DNA of 41,079 nucleotides from positions 1-41,079 of IMG/VR virus record IMGVR_UViG_2778261579_000010; one strand, 5' to 3'. The notes below the pieces were generated by a model. The model saw only the letters and a program-made list of their open reading frames with translations, had not been told where the DNA came from and ran no database searches. This document shows, one piece after another, positions 1 through 10,015 of the stretch; the first letter of the stretch is position 1, and every line of letters starts with the position of its first letter. Source of the stretch: a virus. Taxonomy: Duplodnaviria > Heunggongvirae > Uroviricota > Caudoviricetes. The position numbers were made by a program, and so were the translations under genes.

Positions 1-933
1 ATGGACAACGACAAAATTGATCAACACAGCGACGAAATTGAAGTTGAGAGCGAAGAAAAAGAGCGCGGCAAAAAAATAGAAATAGATGAAGACCGACTCC
101 CCTCCCGGGCGATGGCAATTCATGAGCATATCCGCCAGGATGGTGAAAAAGAGCTGGAACGCGACGCAATGGCACTACTGTGGTCAGCCATTGCGGCGGG
201 TCTGTCGATGGGCGCTTCATTACTGGCAAAAGGGATATTTCATGTCGAACTGGAAGGTGTGCCGGGCAGCTTCTTGCTGGAGAATCTCGGTTATACCTTT
301 GGTTTTATTATCGTCATTATGGCCCGCCAGCAATTATTTACCGAAAACACCGTGACTGCGGTACTACCCGTCATGCAAAAACCGACAATAAGCAACGTTG
401 GCTTACTTATGCGGTTATGGGGCGTCGTGCTGCTGGGTAATATTCTCGGGACAGGTATTGCGGCGTGGGCATTTGAATATATGCCAATCTTCAATGAAGA
501 AACTCGCGATGCATTTGTCAAAATCGGCATGGATGTGATGAAGAACACCCCCAGCGAGATGTTTGCCAACGCGATCATTTCCGGCTGGCTGATCGCCACT
601 ATGGTTTGGATGTTTCCTGCAGCGGGTGCGGCAAAGATTGTGGTGATTATATTGATGACCTGGCTTATTGCCCTGGGTGACACCACTCACATCGTTGTCG
701 GTTCTGTTGAAATCCTCTATCTGGTGTTTAACGGTACGCTGCACTGGAGCGATTTCATCTGGCCCTTCGCACTACCTACTTTAGCGGGGAACATCTGCGG
801 CGGCACCTTTATCTTCGCGTTAATGAGTCATGCACAGATCCGTAACGACATGAGCAACAAGCGCAAAGCAGAAGCACGCCAAAAAGCAGAACGTGCGGAA
901 AACATTAAGAAAAATGATAAAAACCCGGCATAA
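1..933 (+). CDS. yfdC: Formate/nitrite-transporter-family inner membrane protein YfdC (host gene flanking argW)
   Basis: 310-aa ORF; near-identical over its whole length to E. coli YfdC as recalled; multiple hydrophobic helices; sits immediately upstream of tRNA-Arg as in K-12. Confidence 0.9.
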   Translation: MDNDKIDQHSDEIEVESEEKERGKKIEIDEDRLPSRAMAIHEHIRQDGEKELERDAMALLWSAIAAGLSMGASLLAKGIFHVELEGVPGSFLLENLGYTFGFIIVIMARQQLFTENTVTAVLPVMQKPTISNVGLLMRLWGVVLLGNILGTGIAAWAFEYMPIFNEETRDAFVKIGMDVMKNTPSEMFANAIISGWLIATMVWMFPAAGAAKIVVIILMTWLIALGDTTHIVVGSVEILYLVFNGTLHWSDFIWPFALPTLAGNICGGTFIFALMSHAQIRNDMSNKRKAEARQKAERAENIKKNDKNPA

Positions 934-1008
934 ATGGCGAGGGTTTAAGCAATCGAGCGGCAGTGTACTTACCCCGCAGTACATTAGCGGGTATACTCAT
1001 GCCGCATT

Positions 1009-1083
1009 GTCCTCTTAGTTAAATGGATATAACGAGCCCCTCCTAAGGGCTAATTGCAGGTTCGATTCCTGCAGGGGACACCA
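1009..1083 (+). tRNA. argW: tRNA-Arg (anticodon CCU), prophage attachment tRNA
   Basis: 75-nt cloverleaf: acceptor GTCCTCT, T-arm GCAGG-TTCGATT-CCTGC, anticodon loop CCTCCTAAG, 3' ACACCA; matches argW as recalled. Confidence 0.85.
1069..1083 (+). repeat. attL core (CTGCAGGGGACACCA) at the tRNA 3' end
   Basis: Exact 15-bp direct repeat with 39376..39390; the next base differs (T here, G at the right end). Confidence 0.8.
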
Positions 1084-1196
1084 TTTATCAGTTCGCTCCC
1101 ATCCGTAGCAGTCCGCAAAATCCCCTGAATATCAAGCCTTCCGTAGATTCACAGTTCGTCATGGTTCGCGTCAGATCGTTGACAGCCGCACACCAT

Positions 1197-1246
1197 GACG
1201 GGTAAAAAGTGGATAAAATAATTTTACCCACCGGATTTTTACCCAT
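1197..1246 (+). promoter_or_regulatory. Candidate integrase arm-type sites (GGGTAAAA / TTTTACCC motifs) in attL
   Basis: Three copies of the motif within 50 bp just upstream of int (cgGGTAAAAag, aaTTTTACCCac, tTTTTACCCat); the same motif recurs twice near attR. Confidence 0.3.
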
Positions 1247-2402
1247 GCTCACCGTTAAGCAGATTGAAGCAGCAAAGCCGAAAGAAAAACCATACCGCCT
1301 TCTCGATGGTAATGGCCTGTACCTTTATGTCCCTGTATCCGGGAAAAAGGTATGGCAGCTTCGCTACAAGATTGACGGTAAGGAAAAAATACTGACCGTA
1401 GGAAAATATCCGCTAATGACTTTGCAGGAGGCAAGAGATAAAGCATGGACCGCGAGGAAAGACATCTCGGTTGGCATCGATCCGGTAAAAGCGAAAAAGG
1501 CTTCGTCTAACAACAATTCCTTTAGTGCGATTTACAAGGAATGGTACGAGCACAAGAAGCAAGTCTGGTCAGTAGGCTATGCAAACGAACTTGCCAAAAT
1601 GTTTGACGACGACATTTTACCCATCATCGGCGGCCTTGAAATTCAGGATATTGAGCCGATGCAACTGCTGGAAGTAATCCGCAGATTTGAAGATCGCGGT
1701 GCAATGGAGCGAGCCAACAAAGCCCGCAGAAGATGCGGAGAGGTTTTCCGTTACGCTATTGTCACCGGAAGGGCTAAATATAACCCGGCACCTGACCTTG
1801 CAGACGCCATGAAAGGATACCGCAAGAAGAACTTCCCGTTTCTTCCTGCAGACCAGATCCCGGCATTCAACAAAGCACTGGCAACATTTTCAGGAAGTAT
1901 CGTATCGCTTATTGCGACTAAAGTTTTACGCTACACCGCCCTAAGAACGAAAGAACTTCGTTCCATGCTATGGAAGAACGTCGATTTTGAAAACAGGATT
2001 ATCACCATCGACGCCAGTGTGATGAAGGGTCGCAAGATTCATGTAGTACCGATGTCAGACCAGGTAGTTGAACTTCTCACTACGCTAAGCTCAATCACCA
2101 AACCAGTATCAGAGTTTGTTTTTGCCGGGCGCAACGATAAGAAGAAGCCAATCTGCGAGAACGCGGTGCTACTTGTGATCAAACAAATCGGCTATGAGGG
2201 TCTGGAAAGCGGTCACGGATTCAGGCATGAATTCAGTACGATTATGAACGAGCACGAATGGCCTGCTGACGCTATTGAAGTGCAACTTGCACATGCCAAC
2301 GGCGGATCTGTGCGCGGGATTTACAACCATGCTCAGTATCTCGATAAGCGCAGAGAAATGATGCAGTGGTGGGCGGATTGGCTTGATGAAAAGGTGGAGT
2401 GA
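1245..2402 (+). CDS. intS: Tyrosine recombinase, P4-family prophage integrase (IntS-like)
   Basis: ORF directly downstream of argW; N-terminus MLTVKQIEAAKPKEKPYRLLDGNGLYLYV and C-terminal HGFRHEF...H..Y catalytic region typical of P4-type integrases; the first ATG gives 385 aa (an in-frame GTG at 1209 would add 12 codons). Confidence 0.9.
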   Translation: MLTVKQIEAAKPKEKPYRLLDGNGLYLYVPVSGKKVWQLRYKIDGKEKILTVGKYPLMTLQEARDKAWTARKDISVGIDPVKAKKASSNNNSFSAIYKEWYEHKKQVWSVGYANELAKMFDDDILPIIGGLEIQDIEPMQLLEVIRRFEDRGAMERANKARRRCGEVFRYAIVTGRAKYNPAPDLADAMKGYRKKNFPFLPADQIPAFNKALATFSGSIVSLIATKVLRYTALRTKELRSMLWKNVDFENRIITIDASVMKGRKIHVVPMSDQVVELLTTLSSITKPVSEFVFAGRNDKKKPICENAVLLVIKQIGYEGLESGHGFRHEFSTIMNEHEWPADAIEVQLAHANGGSVRGIYNHAQYLDKRREMMQWWADWLDEKVE

Positions 2403-2487
2403 TCCACCTTAACCACTCTCGAAGAGCGCAAAGCCTAGCAATCCAGCGCAAAGCTTTGTTTATCTTTAACCGTATTGGTAATTTAAA

Positions 2488-4206
2488 TCACGATGAGGCT
2501 GTCCATTGAGGCATTGTTAATGTCCACTTATTAATCTCACTCCAATATGTTGCAGTGAATGAAGCGGTCTTTATTTGAGTTGTATTAGCGCCAGTAACAT
2601 CAACAGGAACACCAGCGAAGGAAAGAGCGGCGATATTAGAGCCTCGAACCATCATATTTATCTCTTGTCCGTCATACGGAGTTCCTGTTAACGTAATATT
2701 AAGTCCCGTCGTAACGTTCATACGATAACTACGAAAACCCTCCCTTATTTTTATCGGAAGGGTTTCTGCTGTGTATTGCTTAACCGAGCCTGGCCCCATA
2801 TCAAGCTCTAAGCCATCAACCACACCAAGTTTATCCAGGAATGCCCCCCATATCTTCCCCCCATCGGCTTTACCGTTATTTCCTGATAAAACATTGAATA
2901 CCCCAATGCTTCTATCTGCCGGATTAAATGGACCAATATCAAAATGGTTTGCGCCTGATATTCTCCATTGTGATTCACCGATATTAAGGCTGAAATGTAG
3001 TGGCCCGCTTGAGAAGTAGTAACTACCTGCTGCCAGTGCAATATCTGATACGCCATTACGTTCAAAATATGCGCCCGATATGTAAGTGCTAACACCGGAA
3101 TCAAGAAGTCCATATTTAGCAGTGTTCTGGAAGAAACCGCCAACAATGTTGATAGAAGCAGTGGGCAGCAAATCCTGTCCTTCCGGGAAGTTGAAATCAC
3201 CGTTCATACCGTTAAATATTACAGTGTCGTAATCTGGTAGTGGCCCCAAATGGTCCGCACTATACCCGATGTGGTCTTTTAAGGTTACGGCGTTAACGCC
3301 ATTCCGCAGCATACGACGGACACTCCCTGTACCCCCGTTCAGAATCTCTACATTATCAAGCCGCATTCCGTAGCTGTAATGCTCAATTAACAAGCCAGTA
3401 CAGTTAGTACCTAGACCCATATCAATCCACATGTCACTGATAAGACTGTTATTTCGAACATCATAACCGTGGAAACCGATACAGTTTTTAAAGCCATTCA
3501 AACTGATACGTAATCCGTAGGCTTTAAAATTTCTTACGGTTGTTCCGATATCCTGGGACGACGCTCTCATAACTGTAACACCATCAGCACCAGCTTTTAA
3601 TAACGCACGAGGATGGAACATAATTCTTAAATGCTGATTTGGTTTAAAAGTATCTGCTGTTGTTTTAACAGTGTACTCGCCCTCATTAAAGTAGACACAA
3701 CCACCCGCCGCCAGAATCGTATTAATCTGCGCGTTGGTCATTGTCGGGTAGATGTTTGTTAGTGGGAAAACCCCTTTTTTGATGGCGTAATCCTCAAATA
3801 CACTACCCCCACCGTGTGAACTTCCAACTAATTTGTCCCCTCCAGAAGATGCCAATCTCTTCTCAAACTGATCAGGGTCATACTTCAGAACATTCGGAAA
3901 ATAGAACTGCTGCGCACCATACGCATCATAAACAGCCATAGAGTGGCCTTGCACAGTTACGAACTTGGCAATCTGTCCGTTATATACCGGATATCCAGCA
4001 GCGTTAATGATGATTGGCTGTGCAACAGGAACGTGAGAGCCATCTTCGTTCTCCACATAAACCTGAATCTGGTTTTCAGGATTTACCGGGTCAGTGTCAA
4101 TTTTACCGATATAAATTTTGCCATTGGCAACCGCTTTAAAAGAACGCGCCATAGTGAAGAGTTGTGAAGGCATGCTTACCACAACATTGGCTGTAATGTC
4201 TGTCAT
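2488..4206 (-). CDS. Tailspike protein with P22/Sf6-type N-terminal head-binding domain and a distinct receptor-binding domain
   Basis: 572 aa; first ~115 aa ([34 protein letters not shown]...VLKYDPDQF) match the conserved P22-family tailspike head-binding domain; the remainder is unrelated to the P22 endorhamnosidase as recalled. Confidence 0.85.
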   Translation of the reverse strand: MTDITANVVVSMPSQLFTMARSFKAVANGKIYIGKIDTDPVNPENQIQVYVENEDGSHVPVAQPIIINAAGYPVYNGQIAKFVTVQGHSMAVYDAYGAQQFYFPNVLKYDPDQFEKRLASSGGDKLVGSSHGGGSVFEDYAIKKGVFPLTNIYPTMTNAQINTILAAGGCVYFNEGEYTVKTTADTFKPNQHLRIMFHPRALLKAGADGVTVMRASSQDIGTTVRNFKAYGLRISLNGFKNCIGFHGYDVRNNSLISDMWIDMGLGTNCTGLLIEHYSYGMRLDNVEILNGGTGSVRRMLRNGVNAVTLKDHIGYSADHLGPLPDYDTVIFNGMNGDFNFPEGQDLLPTASINIVGGFFQNTAKYGLLDSGVSTYISGAYFERNGVSDIALAAGSYYFSSGPLHFSLNIGESQWRISGANHFDIGPFNPADRSIGVFNVLSGNNGKADGGKIWGAFLDKLGVVDGLELDMGPGSVKQYTAETLPIKIREGFRSYRMNVTTGLNITLTGTPYDGQEINMMVRGSNIAALSFAGVPVDVTGANTTQIKTASFTATYWSEINKWTLTMPQWTASS

Positions 4207-4229
4207 TTAATTTGCTCCAGATACAAGGA

Positions 4230-4330
4230 ATCGCCGCAGCGTGGCTACGGTTGGTATTTGTTTGGTTTTTGAACTACGAAAATTTCGTAGTGCCATCCAT
4301 CAAGGCCATCGCCGCAGCGTGGCTACGGTG
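4230..4330. repeat. Two ~22-bp direct repeats (ATCGCCGCAGCGTGGCTACGGT) flanking a palindrome
   Basis: Copies at 4230..4251 and 4309..4330, each preceded by CAAGG; palindrome GAACTACGAAAATTTCGTAGT at about 4271..4291 lies between them; intergenic between tailspike and ant. Confidence 0.6.
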
Positions 4331-4342
4331 AATTTTGGGCAT

Positions 4343-4366
4343 AAAAAAACCCAGCCGAAGCTGGGT
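4343..4366 (-). terminator. Rho-independent terminator downstream of ant
   Basis: Minus-strand hairpin CCCAGCTTCGGCTGGG followed by a run of seven T. Confidence 0.55.
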
Positions 4367-4384
4367 CGTTGCGTTGGTTATCTG

Positions 4385-5320
4385 TCAGTAGTTATGTACT
4401 GAAGGAGGTAATTCTTTATTCTTAAGTCTCATCCATGCGGAAAGATTCGCTGGTCCGTCTGGCTCATTAATATCAACATCTCGTGTGTGATTAATTAAAA
4501 CGTCTCTCGCCATTCCGATAACATACGAGAACTCATGACCGTAGTCGTAGCATCTCCCGGAATAGTTCGATTGAATTTGTTTTAATGCCGGATACAGTTC
4601 GCGGAATAATGCCTGTGAACGGTTGGCATAATCCCATAACCATACAAGGCTGTTTGCTTCTTTTGCAGAAAGCTCGTCGGTTTTCTTCTCTTGTTTGCCA
4701 ATGAACTCACCTTCAAGTGGAACTCGAGCTGCAAGTGATAGTGCTTCGGTAAACTGCTCCTCACTGATCTCTTTGTACGAACATCCAAAATGGGATTTCA
4801 GTGACGACCACATGGTGATCATCGCCTTAGCCTGTTTTTCTTTTGGCAGAGACTGACCGCGACTCATGACGAGCTGTTTAATGGCTTCCTGCTGTTCAGT
4901 GGTGATTTTACCCGGCAACGCCTTTTTAGCTTTGCGTGGATTAACTACATGGCCTTTAGTCCAGTAGTCATGCAGCACGCTAAAGCATTCCTCCTGGTAC
5001 TGAATCAGTTTATCACGGATGTCAGCACGAACTTTCTCAGGGTTGATGCTGAACAGCCATCCATTTAACTTCTTCAAAGGAAGGCAGAGTAGCTTACGAA
5101 GCTTCCCATCAGCGGCAACCATGTTCATATGAACACAGTTGAATTTGCTAATCTGCTTCATGAGTTTTGTTTGCTGCGTTGACCAGCTCATTCCAAGGTT
5201 TTGAACGATTGGCTTCATCGCAACATATGCAACTCCGGCAGCCATAGCGGTGATAATTTGCTGACCGTTGAATGGTACGTAAGAGGTGTTCACTGCTTCT
5301 AAAATTGCTATACTATTCAT
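4385..5320 (-). CDS. ant: Antirepressor Ant (P22 immI type)
   Basis: N-terminus [43 protein letters not shown] matches P22 Ant as recalled; preceded by arc; start taken at the ATG with an upstream GGAG (the ORF extends in frame to 5386). Confidence 0.8.
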   Translation of the reverse strand: MNSIAILEAVNTSYVPFNGQQIITAMAAGVAYVAMKPIVQNLGMSWSTQQTKLMKQISKFNCVHMNMVAADGKLRKLLCLPLKKLNGWLFSINPEKVRADIRDKLIQYQEECFSVLHDYWTKGHVVNPRKAKKALPGKITTEQQEAIKQLVMSRGQSLPKEKQAKAMITMWSSLKSHFGCSYKEISEEQFTEALSLAARVPLEGEFIGKQEKKTDELSAKEANSLVWLWDYANRSQALFRELYPALKQIQSNYSGRCYDYGHEFSYVIGMARDVLINHTRDVDINEPDGPANLSAWMRLKNKELPPSVHNY

Positions 5321-5388
5321 GTTGGTTTTTCTCCACGGATTTACTGACAACCGAAGCCCTGACTGTTCCCGCAGTTGGGGCTTCAACT

Positions 5389-5550
5389 TTACGCGCCAAT
5401 GCGCCCTTCCTTCTTAAAGCTTTCCATTACTCTCTGATAAATCTCAGAGTTAACAGACCGACCATTCTCTTCCGCCACCTTGCGGACCAAATCCAATACT
5501 TCTTTAGGCCACCGCAAATTGAACTGCGGCATTTTTCTTGCACCTTGCAT
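5389..5550 (-). CDS. arc: Arc repressor (ribbon-helix-helix)
   Basis: 53-aa ORF not in the supplied track: [53 protein letters not shown], near-identical to P22 Arc as recalled. Confidence 0.85.
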   Translation of the reverse strand: MQGARKMPQFNLRWPKEVLDLVRKVAEENGRSVNSEIYQRVMESFKKEGRIGA

Positions 5551-5643
5551 ATTCAACTCCACTTCATTAAATGGTATTACCGTACTACTATTGAAAGCGT
5601 ACTACTACCGTTCTACCATGTCAATAAATAAAAGGAGAATGAC
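5551..5643. promoter_or_regulatory. Divergent Pant / Pmnt promoter-operator region of immI
   Basis: 93-bp gap between divergent arc and mnt; contains the repeated motif CGTACTACTA (5580s and 5600s). Confidence 0.5.
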
Positions 5644-5886
5644 GTGGCTAGAAATGATCCGCAATTCAACGTAAGAATGCCAGATGAGATAAAACAGCAA
5701 CTTACGCATATTGCTGCAACAAATCGCCGCTCGATAAATGCAGAGATTATTTCAGCTATCGAACTGTGGATAAAAATTCATAAAGAGCAGCTAATACCTT
5801 CAAGTAGTCGAATCCTGACAAAGTCAGAGCAAGAAGCGCTTGATGTAGCTATCGATGTGTTAAAACGTGTGAGAGATGAGGGATAA
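5644..5886 (+). CDS. mnt: Mnt-like ribbon-helix-helix repressor
   Basis: 80 aa; N-terminus MARNDPQFNVRMPDEIKQQL resembles P22 Mnt (MARDDPHFNFRMP...); GTG start with AGGAG 8 nt upstream; divergent from arc-ant. Confidence 0.75.
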   Translation: MARNDPQFNVRMPDEIKQQLTHIAATNRRSINAEIISAIELWIKIHKEQLIPSSSRILTKSEQEALDVAIDVLKRVRDEG

Positions 5887-5888
5887 CC

Positions 5889-6134
5889 ATGGAGCAACAA
5901 CAAGGGTCGCCATTATCATTGATAATTATGGTGATTTTTTTCGTTTTCATCTTTTTTATACCTGCTTTAAAAATATCCAAGAAAGCTGGTTTTGACTGGA
6001 AGATGGCGGTATGTTTAACAATCCCTGGATTCAACGTGGTTGCGTGGCTAGCACTTGCGTTCATGGATTGGCCAATTCATAAGTATCTACCAAAAGACAT
6101 GAATGGGATCATGAGCAAAACTAAGGAGAGTTAA
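5889..6134 (+). CDS. Small membrane protein with two predicted transmembrane helices (mnt-operon cargo)
   Basis: 81 aa; hydrophobic stretches LSLIIMVIFFVFIFFIPAL and VVAWLALAF; GAGGGA RBS; start overlaps the mnt stop. Confidence 0.6.
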   Translation: MEQQQGSPLSLIIMVIFFVFIFFIPALKISKKAGFDWKMAVCLTIPGFNVVAWLALAFMDWPIHKYLPKDMNGIMSKTKES

Positions 6135-6138
6135 CCAT

Positions 6139-6624
6139 ATGAAAAAATCACTGTTAATTATCCCGCTTCTGCTGGCTGGATGCGCAAAAGTAAGTGACTA
6201 CCAAGCAAGTTGCGAACAACGCTATCAAAAGCTTAGCGATATGGCTAATTGCCTTGATGCCAGCGTGAAGAACGACTCACGCATGGCATCAGCACCAACA
6301 CCTAAGCTGTATGTCCTTGCTGCGAAGATGCTCGGACAAGGTGTCGATGAAGGAAAGATAAGTGACGCGCAGGCAAGACTTGAGCTTCAGAATCTTTATG
6401 TTCAATTACAAAGCCAAGAACAAGCCCAACAAATAGCGCAAAGCCAAGCATTCCAGCAGGCTTTATTGAATTATCAGGCTGTAAACACAATGCAAGCGAT
6501 CGAGCAAAAAGCGAGGCAGCCTGTTATAACTCAACCTTACCCAACGCGTGTTGACACCTATACAAACTGCAATTCAGGATTTGGAAATACCGTCACATGC
6601 AACAGTAGCAGCAACATTAGATAA
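6139..6624 (+). CDS. Predicted lipoprotein (signal peptide with lipobox LLAGC), Gln-rich C-terminal half
   Basis: 161 aa; MKKSLLIIPLLLAGC lipobox; AAGGAG RBS; in the P22 sieA position between the ejection genes and immI. Confidence 0.65.
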   Translation: MKKSLLIIPLLLAGCAKVSDYQASCEQRYQKLSDMANCLDASVKNDSRMASAPTPKLYVLAAKMLGQGVDEGKISDAQARLELQNLYVQLQSQEQAQQIAQSQAFQQALLNYQAVNTMQAIEQKARQPVITQPYPTRVDTYTNCNSGFGNTVTCNSSSNIR

Positions 6625-6626
6625 AG

Positions 6627-8741
6627 CTATTCATATTCATTCATACCGCTTAACGAGGCGACAATACCAGCTCTCGACAAGCGATTGAATTCATCGCTAC
6701 CAATAGCATCGCGTATTGCTTTTACGGCGGCCTTATTTGCCATAAATCTGCGTTCCGCCGCCGCTAATGCTTCTTTGCTTCCGCCTGCTCTTACTGCTTT
6801 GGTGGCTTCCTGAACAGCTTTCTCTATCGCATATCGACCACTACGTGTGGTGGCAATTTTAGATACAGCGCCTTTTAACCCAGCGCCAACTAAAGCACCC
6901 GCGGCAGCGCCTGCAATGCCCCCTCCAGCGCCACCAACAATGGCACCTGATGTTGAGTTGGCAATTGCATTTAACACCGTTGATGTGACGTTGGATAAAC
7001 CAGCATCCAGATCGCGTAGTACATTGGCAGTTCTCCCTGTTCTTTCAATATACTGCTGAGGTTTCACTGCCGCTCTTGCAAGAGTGCCATATGCATCAGC
7101 AATTCTTCCAAGTTCTGAGGAATATCTGCTAATGGCTTTTACATTTTGTGGGGTAAGTATCCCTGCGATATGGTTAATTCCTGCTGCATCAGATTTGCCA
7201 CCACGTACACCATGCGAGATAGCATCCTGCAACATTGATGATATAGCAGGAACACGCTCTGATTCTGGCAGCGCGCGGATCATAGAATGGAATCCAGCAG
7301 GACCATTAAGACCTTTAGCTGACGATGCTTGAAGAGATTTTACTCCATTCGTAATCAGTGCATCTGTTGCCAAATCACGCCCAAAAACAGACTCTGCACT
7401 CTCTTGTGCGGATAGCCTCGCTTTAGACAGATCATTAGCTTTTTGCCAGTCATCAAAAAATCCGCCGTTTTCCGCCATTGTGCGCATATCATCAGTAATT
7501 GCCCGACGTATTTCCCCTGCTCTCCTTGCCGCATTTGCCTCTCCACTACGCTTATATTTTTGCTCCGCATCAGCAAATTTCGCTCTCCATGCTTTCATGC
7601 CATCAAATGTTACTCCACCTTGATTGTTTGCCTGAACAAACTGTTTCATTTCAGGAGTAAGCGGTATGCCAGCAGATCGCTCTGCCTGAATAACGGCATT
7701 ACCATTTAGCATTCTTGCTTTTTGATTTGGCATTGTTGACCGCACGTCATCCCATGCCGCGCGCTCAGCATCCTTCATCTGATCAAGATTTTGAAGAATC
7801 CTTTGTTTTATAGCCGCACTTTTTTCTGATGCCGTTCCAGATGCGGCCCCAAATTCATCAAGGTTTCGACTTAACTTTGATGATATTTCGTTAAATGCTG
7901 CCTGATGGGCATCCTGAACAATCCCTGGTGTTGATGCCAATGCGCCTTCGGCTTGTGCAATTCCACGACTTCCAGATCGCATTCCTGGTGTTAATGCGTT
8001 TATATCAATTCCAGCAGACTCAGCCGCTTTTGCTACATCTTCGGACACATTAGCGGCCTGACTGGCAATTGACTGACGCCCAGCACCTGACTTTGCCATC
8101 TTGGAAACATCATTAGCAGAATTCAGTGCTGCACCACCAAGAGCCTGTGAAACCCTTGGCGCAATAACGCGCCCGACACCTGAAAGAACGCCTTGAGCAC
8201 CAATATTGATACCACCGTTAATGGCAGCATTTTGTGCAAAATCACCCTCCTGATTTGCAGCATCAGCAAGAGAACCGGCAATCATGTTTCCTGCGGAACC
8301 GATGTCTCCTGCGAGCTTTGCTGGCGCTCCAGCAGCTTTTGCTGCTGTGCCAATTGGCAGGAGATACCCACCAATTGTTTCACCGGCTTGCGCATAAGGG
8401 TCTGTCGGTCGATCGACTGGACGATAGACATCATCCAAAACCTTGGGGCCACCAAGCCCCTGGCTGATTGCATTAATCAGACTTGCGCCACCCTGCAATA
8501 CGTCAAATGGTATGTTTACCAGACCACGGCCAGCCTGTTCTGCAATTTGCCCTGCGCTTTGACCACCAGTGAGCCAGTCAGTGGCTTTTCCTACCAGAGA
8601 TTGTTCTTCTGGCTGCGATTGGTTTTGAGTGGATTGATCACCAGAAGACAGCATCTGAGCAATGCGACGTGCTCCCTCAGTATCGCCGGCAGCATCAGCA
8701 TTCCTTAACGCCGTCATCAACTGTTCGCGACTATAGGCCAT
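6627..8741 (-). CDS. Ejection (injection) protein, P22 gp16-like
   Basis: 704 aa, Ala/Gly-rich; last of three consecutive ejection-protein ORFs in P22 gene order (7-20-16). Confidence 0.7.
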   Translation of the reverse strand: MAYSREQLMTALRNADAAGDTEGARRIAQMLSSGDQSTQNQSQPEEQSLVGKATDWLTGGQSAGQIAEQAGRGLVNIPFDVLQGGASLINAISQGLGGPKVLDDVYRPVDRPTDPYAQAGETIGGYLLPIGTAAKAAGAPAKLAGDIGSAGNMIAGSLADAANQEGDFAQNAAINGGINIGAQGVLSGVGRVIAPRVSQALGGAALNSANDVSKMAKSGAGRQSIASQAANVSEDVAKAAESAGIDINALTPGMRSGSRGIAQAEGALASTPGIVQDAHQAAFNEISSKLSRNLDEFGAASGTASEKSAAIKQRILQNLDQMKDAERAAWDDVRSTMPNQKARMLNGNAVIQAERSAGIPLTPEMKQFVQANNQGGVTFDGMKAWRAKFADAEQKYKRSGEANAARRAGEIRRAITDDMRTMAENGGFFDDWQKANDLSKARLSAQESAESVFGRDLATDALITNGVKSLQASSAKGLNGPAGFHSMIRALPESERVPAISSMLQDAISHGVRGGKSDAAGINHIAGILTPQNVKAISRYSSELGRIADAYGTLARAAVKPQQYIERTGRTANVLRDLDAGLSNVTSTVLNAIANSTSGAIVGGAGGGIAGAAAGALVGAGLKGAVSKIATTRSGRYAIEKAVQEATKAVRAGGSKEALAAAERRFMANKAAVKAIRDAIGSDEFNRLSRAGIVASLSGMNEYE

Positions 8742-10006
8742 TACTGCCCTCCGAGATATTTATTAATCAGGTCATCATCAGAAAGCTGCTGTTGAGACGG
8801 TTGTATGTCCTTCCCGTATTTCTGTTGCATACGTTTCTGAGCCATCTCAGTGGTTTTTATGATTGTTTTGATAGCTGCTCTGGCTGATTTTTCAGACTGA
8901 TTTGGGGACAAACTACCAATAGCATCCATTACCTTTTGCCCCTCGGCATTACTTAAAGCCCCCATCCCTTTCATCTGCTGAATGCCAGATAAGAATCCCT
9001 GAGATTTCAGTGTGTCAACCAGAGTTTCTGTATCAGCAGCCTCTGTTCCTGGAATGAATCTACTCGATAGTGGGTTTAGGTTTGTTCCGAAATATCCAGT
9101 GAATCCTGGGCTATTAAGAACTTTTGTAGCCGTCTCTATCGTTCTGGAGAGATTATCCATTCCAGAGTTGTACGCATCGGCCTTATCTCGCTTTGCCTGC
9201 TCCATAGCTTGCTGATTCTGCAATCTCTTGTCCTGCAATTCAGCAAGTTTTAAGGCATTAGTTTCATTTGCGATGAGTCTGTCGTATTTCTTGTCCTCTA
9301 ATTCCATCCGACGAAGATTGACATTTTGTTGCGCAATATTGTTGCTTGCCCACCCTCTGGCATTTGTCATGTCATTATTACGGATTGTTTCGTTAATTCT
9401 TTGCTGATCCTGCTGGCGGCCAACCATCTTGTCCTGAACATTGAAGTAATCAATCGGGCCAAGAGCAGCCATTCCGAGGTGATCAACAAACTCACCAAAT
9501 CCTGAAGGATTCTGCTGATACATCTGAGCAACGCTGTTAGGGTCAACACCGACGCGAGTCAGTTCCTTGGCGTTGTTTTGCAGCCATGATTGCATTGCTT
9601 CTGGAGACGATGACGCAAGGCGTGCGCCAGCCGCTAAGGAGCCGATAGAATTACGCTGATCTTCATCAATGAATCCCATGCCTTTACGAACGGATTCAAT
9701 CTGTTCTGGATATTGAGTAGCCAACTGACGCAAAGCACCGCGATCACCAGACGCATAAGCATTAGCGTATGCCTGCTGAAATTCTTTCTGCCGCTGAGCC
9801 TGCTTTTCCTGCTGAAACACCCCCGCAATACCTGAAAGGCCTTGCAAAGCAGTCAGCCCAACATTGTTAGCGCCTGAACGCTCAATATCATTGTTCTGCC
9901 TGATAAGCTGAAGCGTATTGCCGATGTCATTTACGCTCGGAGCGTTTGAGTTGACGCCGCCGATACCAGCCAACAATCCGCCATTTGATCCTTGCCAAGT
10001 AGCCAT
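8741..10006 (-). CDS. Ejection protein, P22 gp20-like
   Basis: 421 aa; position and composition match the middle ejection protein of P22-like phages. Confidence 0.7.
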   Translation of the reverse strand: MATWQGSNGGLLAGIGGVNSNAPSVNDIGNTLQLIRQNNDIERSGANNVGLTALQGLSGIAGVFQQEKQAQRQKEFQQAYANAYASGDRGALRQLATQYPEQIESVRKGMGFIDEDQRNSIGSLAAGARLASSSPEAMQSWLQNNAKELTRVGVDPNSVAQMYQQNPSGFGEFVDHLGMAALGPIDYFNVQDKMVGRQQDQQRINETIRNNDMTNARGWASNNIAQQNVNLRRMELEDKKYDRLIANETNALKLAELQDKRLQNQQAMEQAKRDKADAYNSGMDNLSRTIETATKVLNSPGFTGYFGTNLNPLSSRFIPGTEAADTETLVDTLKSQGFLSGIQQMKGMGALSNAEGQKVMDAIGSLSPNQSEKSARAAIKTIIKTTEMAQKRMQQKYGKDIQPSQQQLSDDDLINKYLGGQ

Positions 10007-10015
10007 GATTACCCC

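Noticed and set aside
86-744. Four ORFs (86..355, 180..440, 291..686 minus, 415..744 minus) overlapping yfdC
   Set aside because: They lie entirely inside the well-supported yfdC reading frame, in alternative frames or antisense, with no start context; treated as frame artefacts.
1209-1244. N-terminal 12-codon extension of the integrase ORF
   Set aside because: The ORF opens at a GTG; the first ATG at 1245 gives the 385-aa length I recall for IntS, so the shorter start was used.
6847-8708. Several plus-strand ORFs (for example 8193..8708, 171 aa) inside the gp16-like gene
   Set aside because: Antisense to a long, well-supported structural gene; Cys/Arg-rich translations typical of antisense frames.
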